A DNA stretch of 63,849 nt, counting the filler, from Octopus bimaculoides (taxonomy: Eukaryota), in the NCBI RefSeq assembly GCF_001194135.2. It is 6 parts of 6 records of this genome, joined end to end, with 100 filler letters (N's around TTAATTAATTAA, not from the genome) between each part and the next. Parts side by side here need not be neighbours in the genome. Positions count along the whole stretch, not along the records: positions 31,457 to 51,246 come from NC_069001.1; positions 51,347 to 53,517 come from NC_068983.1; positions 53,618 to 61,366 come from NC_068988.1; 3 more parts are not named here. The stretch is one strand, 5' to 3'. A program made the position numbers and the translations under genes. Under the pieces are notes generated by a model that made no database searches, was not told where the DNA came from, and saw only the letters and a list, made by a program, of their open reading frames with translations. Shown here piece by piece: positions 46,066 to 56,858 of this stretch; positions within the stretch are counted from its first letter, which is position 1; every line of letters starts with the position of its first letter.

Positions 46066-46541
46066 CTCTTCTGTATTATTATTATTATTATTATTATTGT
46101 TATTGTTATTGTTAAAGCAGTGAGCTGGCAGAATTGTTACTGTGCCTGACAAAATGCTTAGTAGCATTTCTTCTGACTTTACATTCTGAGTTCAAATCCT
46201 TTCAGGGTTGATAAAATAAATACTAGTTATGCACATGAGTCAACATAACCAACTATCCCCATCCCCACAAAATTTCAGGCCTTGTGCTTATAATAGAAAG
46301 GCTTATTATTATTTTTACCCTTAAAGTGGAGACCTAGCAGAGCTATTACCACACCAGACAAAATACTCAACAGCAATTCTTCTGGCTTTTAGGTTCTCAG
46401 ATCAAATTCTGCCAAAGTCAACTTTGCCTCTCATCTTTTTGGGGGTTGATTAAATAAATACCAGTTGAGTACTGGGGTTGATATAATCAACTAATCCCCC
46501 CTCCCACCAAAATTTCAGGCCTTGTGCTTACAGTTGGCAGG

Positions 46542-46592
<51 letters not shown>

Positions 46593-47070
46593 GAGGCAGC
46601 AAGCTGGCAGAATCATTAGCACAATGGACAAAATGCTTAGCAGTATTTTGTTTGTCATTACATTCTGAGTTCAAATTCCGCCAAGGTTGACTTTGCCTTT
46701 CATCCTTTCGGAGACAATTAAATAAACACCAGTTGAGTACTGGAGGTTGATGTAATTGACTTAATCCTGTCTCCTGAATTTTAGGTTTTGTGCCTACAGT
46801 AGAAAGTATTATTATTATCATTATTATTATTATTTAAGGTGGTGAGTTAGCAGTGTCATTAGCATGCTGGGAAAAATACATAGGAACTTTACGTCCATCT
46901 TTATGTTTTGAGCTCAAATTCCACTGAGGTCAACTTTACCTTTCGTTCTTTCGGGGTCGATGAAATAAGTACTAGTTGAGCCCTGGGGTCAATGAAACTT
47001 ATCCCCTTCCCCAAAATTGCTGGCCTTGCACCAAAATTTGGAATCATTATTATTATTATTGTTACTATTA

Positions 47071-48108
47071 TTACCTCCGCTTTGGTGAAGGCGGAGTTAT
47101 TGTTTTCGGTCATGTTTGTTTGTTTATCCGTGGACAAGATACACAAGAACCACTGGATGGATTTGGATGAAACTTTCAGGGGTGTTTGGCCTCGTGACTG
47201 GCACAAACTGATTATATTTTGGAATTGATCTGGTACTGGACAAGGATTCTGGCTTGTTTGTTATATTTACTTTACATGAATTCTTACGATCTTACATTGA
47301 CTTTCAAGTCTTTTTTCTGATTATCTCCCTTGAAAGCACACTTATGATTCCCACGTAAGTTATGGCAGCATTGCTGTTTCCAAAGTTTTATTTTTGTTTC
47401 TCTGTTATCAATTTTACTCATGTCTCTATCTTGGCAGAAACTGATGGCTATAGAACTACATAAACAAATGGCAGCAAAACTGTTCAGAAATGAAATAACA
47501 CTAACATATTCAGTAACAATAATAAATTTAATTTATCCTCAACAATTTTTAGTTTTACCAATTTTGAATATATCACTCCTGTTTAAAACCTCTTACCTAC
47601 TTGACAATTGCATTTCTAGATCTGCCTTGAAGGAAGCTTTACTTTTTGGACTCATGTTTTTGTGTGCAACGATGTTGTTAAACCTACATTAACAGCACCA
47701 TATGCAGGTCTTTTCCAATTTCTTTCATGCATGGATAAATTTTTCACTATAGACCTTAATGGTCGTAAAGACACTATATCAGTGGATAGACTAATAAAGC
47801 CTTCATAGAGAAAACTGTCCCTGTTCCAACTGCAAATGACACATACAGCATTACAAACACAGCCCACACACCCACCTTCACATTCCATGACTACCATTGT
47901 GATCAATCAGGTACTGGACAAGGATTCTGGATTATCTTTCCAGTTTTTTTACTTAATTCTTGAGAGCAGTCAGGTTCATTTTTAGTATTCTCGTTTGTGA
48001 GAGCAGTTGAGTTTATTTCAGATATTCCCATTTTAAAAATCATTTCCAGCTAATCGTTGAGGGGACGTTGGTGTTGCCTTGGCAGAGGTTTGTGTTCTCT
48101 GAGTACTC

Positions 48109-48112
<4 letters not shown>
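47071..48112 (+). mobile_element. DINE-1/HINE-like Helentron element with Gypsy integrase fragment (copy 2)
   Basis: Co-linear with 33611-34664 end to end; same subTIRs and hairpin; DVVKPTLTAPYAGLFQFLSCMDKFFTIDLNGRKDTISVDRL; flanks differ from copy 1. Confidence 0.75.
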
Positions 48113-48139
<27 letters not shown>

Positions 48140-48357
48140 ATTTGAAGGTGGCAAGCCAGCAGAATTGTTAGCACACTGGGCAAAATGCTTACCAACATTT
48201 CGTCTATCTTTACATTCTGAGTTCAAATTCCGCCAAGGTCAACTTAGGCTTTCATCCTTTCTGGATTGATAAATTAAGTACCAGTGAAACTCTGAGGTTG
48301 ATGTAATCAACTACTCCCCTCCCCCCAATTTCAGGCCTTGTACCTTTAGTAGATAGG

Positions 48358-48410
<53 letters not shown>

Positions 48411-48671
48411 AGTGGCGAAGTGGCAAAACCATTAGGTCATTGAACAAAATGCTTGTTGGCACTTCTTCCCACTCTTTTTGTCGCTTTATATGCTGAGCTG
48501 AAATCCTGCCAAGATCAACCATTGTAAAGAAAATTGATGAACAGTTGCAAAGATATTCAGTGATATTTGTTGAAGCCAAGTGACACAGACACTCCCTTAT
48601 CCTCTCACCATCATAAGGCAGCGAACCAGTGATTGAACTATTGAGGACTTGTGACCCATGTTTCTATTGAT

Positions 48672-48891
48672 CTTTTACTTGTTTCAGTCATGTGACTGCA
48701 GCCATGTTGGGTCACTGCTTTGAAGGGTTCAACCTCTCAAAGAATTCCACTCCAGGACTTATTCTCTTTAAGCCTAGTACTTATTCTATCAGTCACTTTT
48801 GCTAAACTGCTAAGTTACTAAGACATAAAAACACTCAACCACTGATTGTCAAGTGGGTGGGAAACAAACACAGACACAAAGACACACACAG

Positions 48892-48922
<31 letters not shown>

Positions 48923-49096
48923 CACACACACACACGTTAGGCTTCTTTCAGTTTTCCTCTACCAAATCCACTCACAAGGCTTTTGTCAGCTCGAGGCTAT
49001 AATAGAAGACACTTGCCCAAGGTGCCACACAGTGAGACTGAACTCAGAACCATGTGGTTGGAAGCAAGCTTCTTACCATACAATCATGCCTGTGCC
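48672..49096 (-). mobile_element. SINE family B, near full length
   Basis: Reverse complement of the family B head, body and tail. Confidence 0.8.
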
Positions 49097-49232
49097 TATG
49101 ATATATAATATATATAAATATAAATACAGGAGGTAGGTTCATCTAATTTTACCTTCTCTCCTAAAACTTGTGAAAAATGATTGACTTATACTGATGAATT
49201 TTTTTTTTTTTTTTTTTTTTTTTCTTTTTCAG

Positions 49233-49344
49233 CAGCTTTCAAGTCAGGTTTTCTGAATGTCCCAAGTGAAGTACCTCCTACTTCCAAAGCCGGAAAAATA
49301 TGGACTGACGATGTTTCTATCTTTGTTGCTAAAAACATTCTTCG
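49233..49344 (+). CDS. CCDC180: CCDC180 internal exon e
   Basis: Long poly-T tract, then cag|CA (NAGNAG)...CTTCG|gtaaat; 112 bp, phase 1-2; PPTSKAGKIWTDDVSIFVAKNIL(R) resembles vertebrate [21 protein letters not shown] (recalled). Confidence 0.7.
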
Positions 49345-49948
49345 GTAAATTAATCTCACATTATTAATCTTTCACTTCCTGGAGACACACAGGCCTGCAT
49401 CAGCCAGCCTAGTTCTCAAAAACGCATGATATCACAAAAATTATAGTAACTTTATTTACATTCAACTTGTAGGAAAGCGTAAGTGAGATAGATAAGTCTG
49501 ATCCCTTCTTTCTCTCATTTTTCATAACATAACAGAACTGATCATATGATATTTCTAGCCTTGGTTGTGACTAATTTGTGTTATAATGAAGACAATATTA
49601 CACAGGACTACATGTACTAACCTTGTTTACCTTCAACTTGTAGGAAAATGAGGAACTCTCTAATATAAGGGAGTTAAGTCTGATCCCTTCTTTCTCTCAT
49701 TTTTCCATAACAGGACTGATCATGTGATATTTCTATTCAAACCAATCAGAAGAATATTGAAGTGGTCTATGCTATTACTAGCCTTGTTTGTGATTATTTT
49801 GTGTTATGATGAAGTGATATATGATATGACTAGACTCTCAGGATGTTGTGTATGATATAAAGTTTTGTGGCTATTTTAAAAATGAATACTACAGATTCAG
49901 TGGGGGATATTCTTCTAATCCCATTTTATGTTACTTTTTTTTTTGCAG

Positions 49949-49995
49949 GACTAACAAATTACTAAACAGTTCAGACGGGAGTCTGTTACCAAAAG
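49949..49995 (+). CDS. CCDC180: CCDC180 internal exon f (short)
   Basis: ttttttgcag|G...AAAAG|gtaaaa; 47 bp, phase 2-1, in frame with exon e. Confidence 0.55.
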
Positions 49996-51199
49996 GTAAA
50001 ACCCCTAAACATTTTAACTTAATTTATGAATTTATTAATTAGCTTTGAGCCTGATTTTAAACCAATCAGCATAATTTATGGCAATACCATACTAAGAACA
50101 CTGAGTGTAGTTAAGTAGCTTCCAGCCCCATTAGTGTTTTTTTTTTATCTATAGACCCCTTTGACTACTATTTTATTCTGGTGGACTCTCATAGCCATTC
50201 AATGTTTAAAAACTAGTTTTATAGAAACCTCTTTCAAAATTCCTGTTTTGTTTTTCACACATTAACTTATCAATGTTGAACTATGTAGAATGTTAGAGAA
50301 AGGAACCTACCTGTTTCTTGAAATACATACCAATACATCAGGGACATGCCTACCCTGAATGAAATAGATCGATAGTAACATTTTCCTTTTATGGCAACAT
50401 ATGCACCTAATTCAATAAAGGTTACTCTGATTATTATAAATAAAATGCAAAATATTTGATGTTTTTGTAGATTAGGTAGGCATAATTCACTCCTGCCTTT
50501 CAATCTCAGTATTAAAACTACACATTGCACTGCTGTAGCACATGTGCTGCGTACATTCCCACAACAATGCTTTCTTTATGAACTATAAAGGCAGAAGTAA
50601 AACTGCATCCAACTCAGATTTTGTGTGTTTTAACTGCATAAATGTCACCAACTGCCTACCCAGTTTATCAATTTACTATTTTGGTGTGTGGACTCCCAAA
50701 ACTCTTATGTGGATCCTCTAGGGCCACATAGATCCCGGTTGAGAGCCTCTGGTTTAGATGGTGGCTGCTTGGCAAGCCTATGTGCTGTAATCATCTTTAT
50801 GGTACATGGTACAAGTATAGCTGTGTAGTTTAAGAAGCTCACCTTGCAACCACAAGGATTCAAGTTAAATCTCATTGCAGAGCACCATGGGAAAGTGGTT
50901 TGAACCATAGCTTTAGGTGACCATGAGTGTGCGAGTTGAAATTTGATAGACTGAAATTGTGCAGAAGCCCATTGTGTGTGTGTGTGTATTAATGATGATA
51001 TGTGTGTATATATATAATATTTTTATTTTGGTTGAGTCAGTCTTTTACAGCTGTGGTTCATGGGGTCTTCAGGCAAGTTCTGATTAAGTAATATGTCTGA
51101 AGACTCTGTACTCAATGGGACTGACTCAACCAAAATAAAAATATAATAAATTTCTACTTTGGTATTGAGTACTCTTTTTTCTGGCAATGACCACTTAAT

Positions 51200-51246
<47 letters not shown>

Positions 51247-51346
51247 NNNNNNNNNNNNNNNNNNNNNNNNNNNNNNNNNNNNNNNNNNNNTTAATTAATT
51301 AANNNNNNNNNNNNNNNNNNNNNNNNNNNNNNNNNNNNNNNNNNNN
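51247..51346. other. Artificial scaffold linker 44N-TTAATTAATTAA-44N
   Basis: Exact 100-bp construct. Confidence 0.95.
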
Positions 51347-51392
<46 letters not shown>

Positions 51393-52573
51393 ATATATAT
51401 ATACATAAATATATATACACACACATCATGCGTATAAGCTATATAGATACACATGCTTATATGCATATATGTACATGTTATATATATGCATACTTACATA
51501 TATGTATACATTAGAAGAAAATATACCTAATATGCTTATTACATACATTTAGTATATATATATATATATATATATATACTTTTGAGGGAGTGAACAAATA
51601 AAAAACTTGCTTGGAGGTATATTTATTTAATAACAATTTGACTCAGCTTCACAGAAAATTTTGTCAGTGTGGAGGAAGTGTCAAACTTGTCTGATGATAT
51701 TGCTTCAAACATCACAAGCTAAAATAATTGCATTAATTCTAATCAGGTCCTCTACCATTCTAGACCCAACATGTAACTGATGAAATCTTATCAACGGTCC
51801 ACTGGGAGGATTCTGCTTTTGAATATTGTAGACCATTGAGCCACCCTAATACCATCTGATGGCATCATAATACATCACAGAGGCATGAGATCCAATAGCT
51901 TTAAGAGAAGATATAAACAGATGCACTCCTTCAGATGTAGGGATAGGAAAAACTCTACCTATCAAGTGTATTCCCTTTGATGAAGGGGAAGGCAGTTTGA
52001 TGCCCTTGGAATCTTCAGATAAGGGTGGGAAAGAAAGGTAGAGTTTTTCCTATCCCTACACTAGAAGGTGTTATTGACAACTCCTCCTTCATGAGAAACT
52101 GTACATACTCCAGCCCATAGTTTCCATGAATGGGAAGAAAAATCTATCCTAGTCGTGCTCAAGTCTCTGGATGCCACTACCTTAGATATACAACACTAGA
52201 AGCCATTTTGAATTTCTTTCAAAATCTCTACACGGTCTTATGGGATGGATGTGTCAGACAAGCCCATGAAACCTTATGTAATGTGAAGCTGAATCAAATT
52301 ATGTGTGTATGGTTGATCAGTTCACATTACTCCATACGGAGTATAGCATCAGTTTCCTGGTATCTGTGTTGTATATATTCCTCCATTGACAGGATGCCAC
52401 TCCATATCAGGATTACTCGACTTTATCAGCTGAGTGGACTGTAGCAACATGAAATGAAGATTTTGGCTCAAAAACACAATGCATCACCTGGTCCAAGAAT
52501 GAAGACCACAATCTTAAAATCATGAGTCCAACACCCTGACGATAAAGTCCTGTCCTTCTGCATGCACACACAT

Positions 52574-52608
<35 letters not shown>

Positions 52609-52611
<3 letters not shown>

Positions 52612-52738
52612 CGTTAGGAAGGGCATCCAGCTGTAGAAACTCTGCCAAATTAGATTGGAGCCTGGTGTAGCCATCCGGTTGCACCAGTCCTCAGTCAAAT
52701 CGTCCAACCCATGCTAGCATGGAAAGCGGACGTTAATC

Positions 52739-52775
<37 letters not shown>
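52609..52775 (+). mobile_element. Family D retroposon 3' end with (GAT)n tail
   Basis: ggcgttaggaagggcatccagctgtagaaac...ggaaagcggacgttaatcgatgatgat. Confidence 0.8.
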
Positions 52776-52779
52776 ATGA

Positions 52780-52816
<37 letters not shown>

Positions 52817-52851
52817 TACACACACATATATATCTCGAAAATGTCTTCCAG

Positions 52852-52922
52852 ATACAAGTGTTACCAGTCAAAAGCTCAGCATAGCAAATCATAACAACCT
52901 TACAGAATCATCAGAAGAGAAT
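52852..52922 (+). CDS. Possible further CCDC180 exon
   Basis: cttccag|AT...AAT|gtgggc; a phase 1 start fits exon f, but the donor is weak, the peptide is low complexity and a linker lies between them. Confidence 0.3.
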
Positions 52923-53133
52923 GTGGGCACTTTTTGGGTCTTCCTCTTGATTGCATTATTACACACCAGCTTCACTCACTGAGTTAAGGGCCTACTTGCT
53001 ACATCAACTGGTTACAAGGATTTGTTCAATAATCTCCTACCTATTACTCATCAACATTTTTTAACCACATCGTATGTCTATCAATCTATCTATGTGTGTA
53101 TTATATATGTATATATTATACATTATATATCTT

Positions 53134-53174
<41 letters not shown>

Positions 53175-53385
53175 TATATATTTTATATCACACATATATT
53201 AAATATACTTTATATATATATATGCACATACGTTATATATAATATATAAATATATACATACATTATATATAATATGATTACATTATATATATATATAAAA
53301 AAGTATAAATATATACATATAAATACATTATATATATACATAGATACATTATATATATACATAAACACAGTATATATACACATAA

Positions 53386-53430
<45 letters not shown>

Positions 53431-53517
53431 CACTACAAATATAAATATATATGTATATATACGTACATTATATATATATGCATACATATACATTTTAAAT
53501 ATAAATATATATATATA

Positions 53518-53617
53518 NNNNNNNNNNNNNNNNNNNNNNNNNNNNNNNNNNNNNNNNNNNNTTAATTAATTAANNNNNNNNNNNNNNNNNNNNNNNNNNN
53601 NNNNNNNNNNNNNNNNN
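53518..53617. other. Artificial scaffold linker 44N-TTAATTAATTAA-44N
   Basis: Exact 100-bp construct. Confidence 0.95.
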
Positions 53618-53639
53618 ATATGTATGTATATATATACAC

Positions 53640-53795
53640 TGAGACAGGTGAGGGAACAACAGGCACGTGTATTAGTTTGGCGCTGGAGAAGAATGGAAAA
53701 GTCTTTGACGTTTCGAGCCTACGCTCTCCCACAGACACGGTTGAGCGGAAAAAAGGGGAAAGAGAACGAAGGAAAAACGGACAAAGAAAAATGTG
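53640..53795 (-). mobile_element. Short repeat with a hammerhead-ribozyme-like motif (copy 2)
   Basis: Minus strand CTGTGGGA-GAGC-GTAG-GCTC-GAAAC-GTC-AAAGAC (53734-53701). Downstream ctaatacac...tgttgttc...cacctgtc is homologous to copy 1. Confidence 0.55.
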
Positions 53796-53835
53796 TAGGG
53801 ATTAACGGTTCAGCATGATGAAAATAAATATGTAT

Positions 53836-53869
<34 letters not shown>

Positions 53870-53972
53870 CCATCCATCCATCCGTCCGTCCGTCCGTCCG
53901 CCCGTCTGTCCGTCTGTTTGTCTGTATGAATGCATGTATTACATTCCGTTTTTTTTACTCTTTGTTCTCCAG

Positions 53973-54114
53973 AACATGTCGCGATTTCGCTGAACTGTTT
54001 CTCCGTGTGAATGTCACATGTGAACCTTACGAATGTTCTTTACTCTGGTTCCTCAACTATGTACAGAAGTGTGGTGGTACCAACCGAATTTTCAGTACGA
54101 CTAACGGTGGCCAG
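53973..54114 (+). CDS. MAO: Flavin monoamine oxidase (MAO-A/B-like) internal exon 1
   Basis: ttctccag|A...GGCCAG|gtactt; 142 bp; [47 protein letters not shown] matches the MAO motif [35 protein letters not shown]. Confidence 0.92.
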
Positions 54115-54626
54115 GTACTTATTTACTGATCAATGTTGATGTGTCCTTCCTCTAGGAGGTACCATGTTTTCCTGAGTATGCTTAAAGTAGTATATAGTAT
54201 AAACATGTAGTGTAGACTTTCAAACATCGTCTTCCGACGCTCGAACAATTCTGCCACTCTCCGCATTTCACCTCAACCCTGTTGAACAAAGGCCCACCAC
54301 CCCACTCTCACCTAGCAGCAGCAGCAGCAGCACCACCACCACAGCTTTGGTTGTTTGTTTTTGATAATACCAACCCTTTCACTAGGGCGGGAACAAGAGA
54401 CAGAAAGGTGAAAATATAATATAATTAGCTGAGTCGCCCGTTGCTGTCGGGCAATTTTCACAGTAGAATGCCTCTATTTCAATTTTTTTTCCTATTCTGT
54501 GTCTGACCATATCTTCCAGATGCATATACCTCTCGATCAAGACGGATTTCTGCATTTTTATGGTGCAATTTATAATGTGTTGGCAAATTATGTTTTTTGC
54601 TTTTGCCATTTTAAAGCCTCACAATG

Positions 54627-54663
<37 letters not shown>

Positions 54664-54764
54664 NNNNNNNNNNNNNNNNNNNNNNNNNNNNNNNNNNNNN
54701 NNNNNNNNNNNNNNNNNNNNNNNNNNNNNNNNNNNNNNNNATATATATAGATATATATGTATGT

Positions 54765-55160
54765 ATTGTTGCTTCTTCATGCAATCAATTTGAACTAAAG
54801 CATCGAGAGGTGTATGCAAAAGATAGATCGTAATTCAAGGCTGCATTCAACCACACTTTCTTGGTATAGGTGCATCTCATATATCAGCTAGACTGATTCT
54901 CATGTTTCTCAGCCTGTGCTCCTTTTGCTGTGGAGTCTCCACTGTTCTTATGGTGGAAGCTCTTGTCCGTTTATCACGTAATCGATGCATCCTTGTCTCG
55001 GCTGTCTTATGAGTCCGTGCGACGGAGATTCATATTCGCATATCTTGAAGTCGGCTCATCCTATGCTCGGCTAACACCTGAGTCCGTGCGACGGACTTTC
55101 ATGTCTCATGAACGAAATACTTTTCGATGTTTGTTTTGCATTTTGTTACAGACACTCCCT
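54765..55160 (-). mobile_element. Helitron RepHel N-terminal fossil
   Basis: RMHRLRDKRTRASTIRTVETPQQKEHRLRNMR...WLNAALNYD...VQIDCMKK: ETxxQxxxRL repeats followed by the AFxYD...IGxM segment that precedes the Helitron zinc finger. Confidence 0.55.
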
Positions 55161-55254
55161 TGTTAGTCATGGTACGGAAAATACTGCGACCCAGTTATTG
55201 GGTTTATTGTTTGAAAACCTATAACCATCGACGCTATTGTTTACAAACAAATAT

Positions 55255-55660
55255 GATATTCTTGTGTAAAAAAGTTTGCTTTCCAACCATATAGTCTTTG
55301 GTTCGGTCGTTTTGTGCGGCACCTTGGGCAAGTGTCCTTTATTTTCCCGAGTCAAGCAATAACTTGTGAGCGGATTTGGTATATAGAAACTCTGGGGAAT
55401 CCCATCACCTGCGCGCGTACACGCATTAAAAGAAATAATAATAATCATTGATAATTTGGGTAAGGTGGCGAGTTGGCAGTATCGTTAGCAAGCCGAGCAA
55501 AATGCTTAGCGGCATTTCGTCCGACTTTATGTTCGAGGTCGACTTTGGCTTTCATCCTTCCAGGGTCGATAAAATAAGTACCACTTGAGTACTGGGATCG
55601 ATGTAATCGACTTAACCCCTTCCCTGAAATAGCTTGCCTTCTGCCCCAATTTGAAACCAT
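55255..55660 (+). mobile_element. SINE family B head followed by a SINE family A copy
   Basis: ccaaccatatag...caccttgggcaagtgtc, then aaggtggcgagttggcag...gtcgactttggctttcatcc. Confidence 0.65.
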
Positions 55661-55724
55661 TTGTTATTTAATGCTGTTCATTACAATATTCATCTTAATT
55701 ACATTTTACCTTTCTTTTTTCCAG

Positions 55725-55785
55725 GAAAGGAAATTCGTTGGTGGTTCTCAACAGGTCAGCAAAGCTATAGCAAAATATCTCGGGG
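55725..55785 (+). CDS. MAO: MAO-like internal exon 2
   Basis: ttttttccag|GAA...GGGG|gtaagt; 61 bp, phase 0-1; [20 protein letters not shown] matches MAO [20 protein letters not shown]. Confidence 0.92.
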
Positions 55786-56406
55786 GTAAGTTTTTATTTT
55801 TCATTTTAATAAAATCGTTCCGATTAAGGAGTAGTACGATGACAAGCGCGTCAGTCATAATCATCTCATGATTTATTTCTTTTCAGCCAATACGCTGTGA
55901 CTTACACAGACATCCTGGACCTCATCTACAGAGTAGCCACTCGATTGATTGCCAATCAATCACTAACAGACATAATGTTCCTAGATGTCTGTCTGTTATA
56001 CCATTACCGTAACATACTCATAATTAGTATTCCACCGTACGTCTTACTAGAACTTTGTAAGTCGGTGTATTGGTGGAGTCGCCACAATGTCGTGTGGTAT
56101 TAGTTTCAGTTCTTTGTTCAATGTTTTCGAATAACACTGAGGTCAACTTTATTTTCCTCATTTTGGACTCAATAAATAAAGTAATGAGGGATATTATTCT
56201 CTCTCTCTCTCTCTCCCTCTCCCTCTCCCTCATTTCCTCCCCCTCTCTCCATCCGCTCCTCTCTTTCTGTTTCTTTAGACTGAAAGTACTTGTAATTACA
56301 AGATCCAGTCTCTCTGAGTAGCTTGGCGAATCACGTTAGAAATTCAATTACTTGAATAACTGAATGCTCATCGCCGGAGAATCTATCACTAGAAATTTGT
56401 ATAGAG

Positions 56407-56627
56407 TAGTGGTTCTCAATCGGGGTCCATATGATCCTTGTGCTTAAATTGGTTATACTGCTACAATAGCACAAAGTATTTTAACATTTAAAAAAATTCA
56501 ATCCCTAATAATATTTAACTAAAAAATATAATAGGATTTTCTTTAAAACACCAGATAGCAATGAAGATCCTGTAGAGTAAAATAGTAATCAAAGGGATCC
56601 ATAGGAAAAAAATAGTCGAGAATCAGT
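56407..56627. mobile_element. hAT-like MITE
   Basis: TIR-like ends tagtggttctcaa / tcgagaatcagtg; body shared with 35229-35453. Confidence 0.6.
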
Positions 56628-56769
56628 GGTGTAAAGGATTAAAAGTAATCTGATGAGGGCTGAGATAGCTCTTGGAATTAATGTGGTGTCCTAGTTTAAG
56701 ACAGTGTTGACAAGTTTTCTATTTAACGATAACGAAATGATATTGTATTGACTTTTCGTTCTGTTTCAG

Positions 56770-56858
56770 ATAAAGTTTTACTCGAACATCCTGTGGTCAG
56801 TATTGATCAATCAGGTAACCACGTTGTCATTCGAGATTTGAAAGGCCGAGAATTCCAT
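56770..56858 (+). CDS. MAO: MAO-like internal exon 3
   Basis: ctgtttcag|AT...CAT|gtaagt; 89 bp, phase 1-0; (D)KVLLEHPVVSIDQSGNHVVIRDLKGREFH matches MAO DRVKLERPVIYIDQ...VLVETLNHEMYE. Confidence 0.88.

Larger units (their letters stand above)
44391..48520 (+). mobile_element. Cluster of eight co-oriented SINE family A copies interleaved with (ATT)n tracts
   Basis: Heads at about 44391, 45161, 46114, 46323, 46591, 46836, 48144 and 48409, each preceded by an (ATT)n-like tract. Confidence 0.75.

Noticed and set aside
55005-55105. Twice-repeated TGAGTCCGTGCGACGGA hairpin resembling a viroid/satellite hammerhead stem II
   Set aside because: Followed by TTTC/ATTC rather than GAAA on the same strand, and explained by the repeated SVART peptide of the Helitron fossil on the minus strand.
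55888-56103. Open frame with good splice-like signals (IISIPP resembles MAO YVISAIPP)
   Set aside because: It lies between two MAO exons that already join in frame, and the order is wrong for that motif; treated as intronic coincidence.
56645-56690. CTGATGA-GGGC...GCTC as a hammerhead
   Set aside because: No GAAA or cleavage triplet follows.
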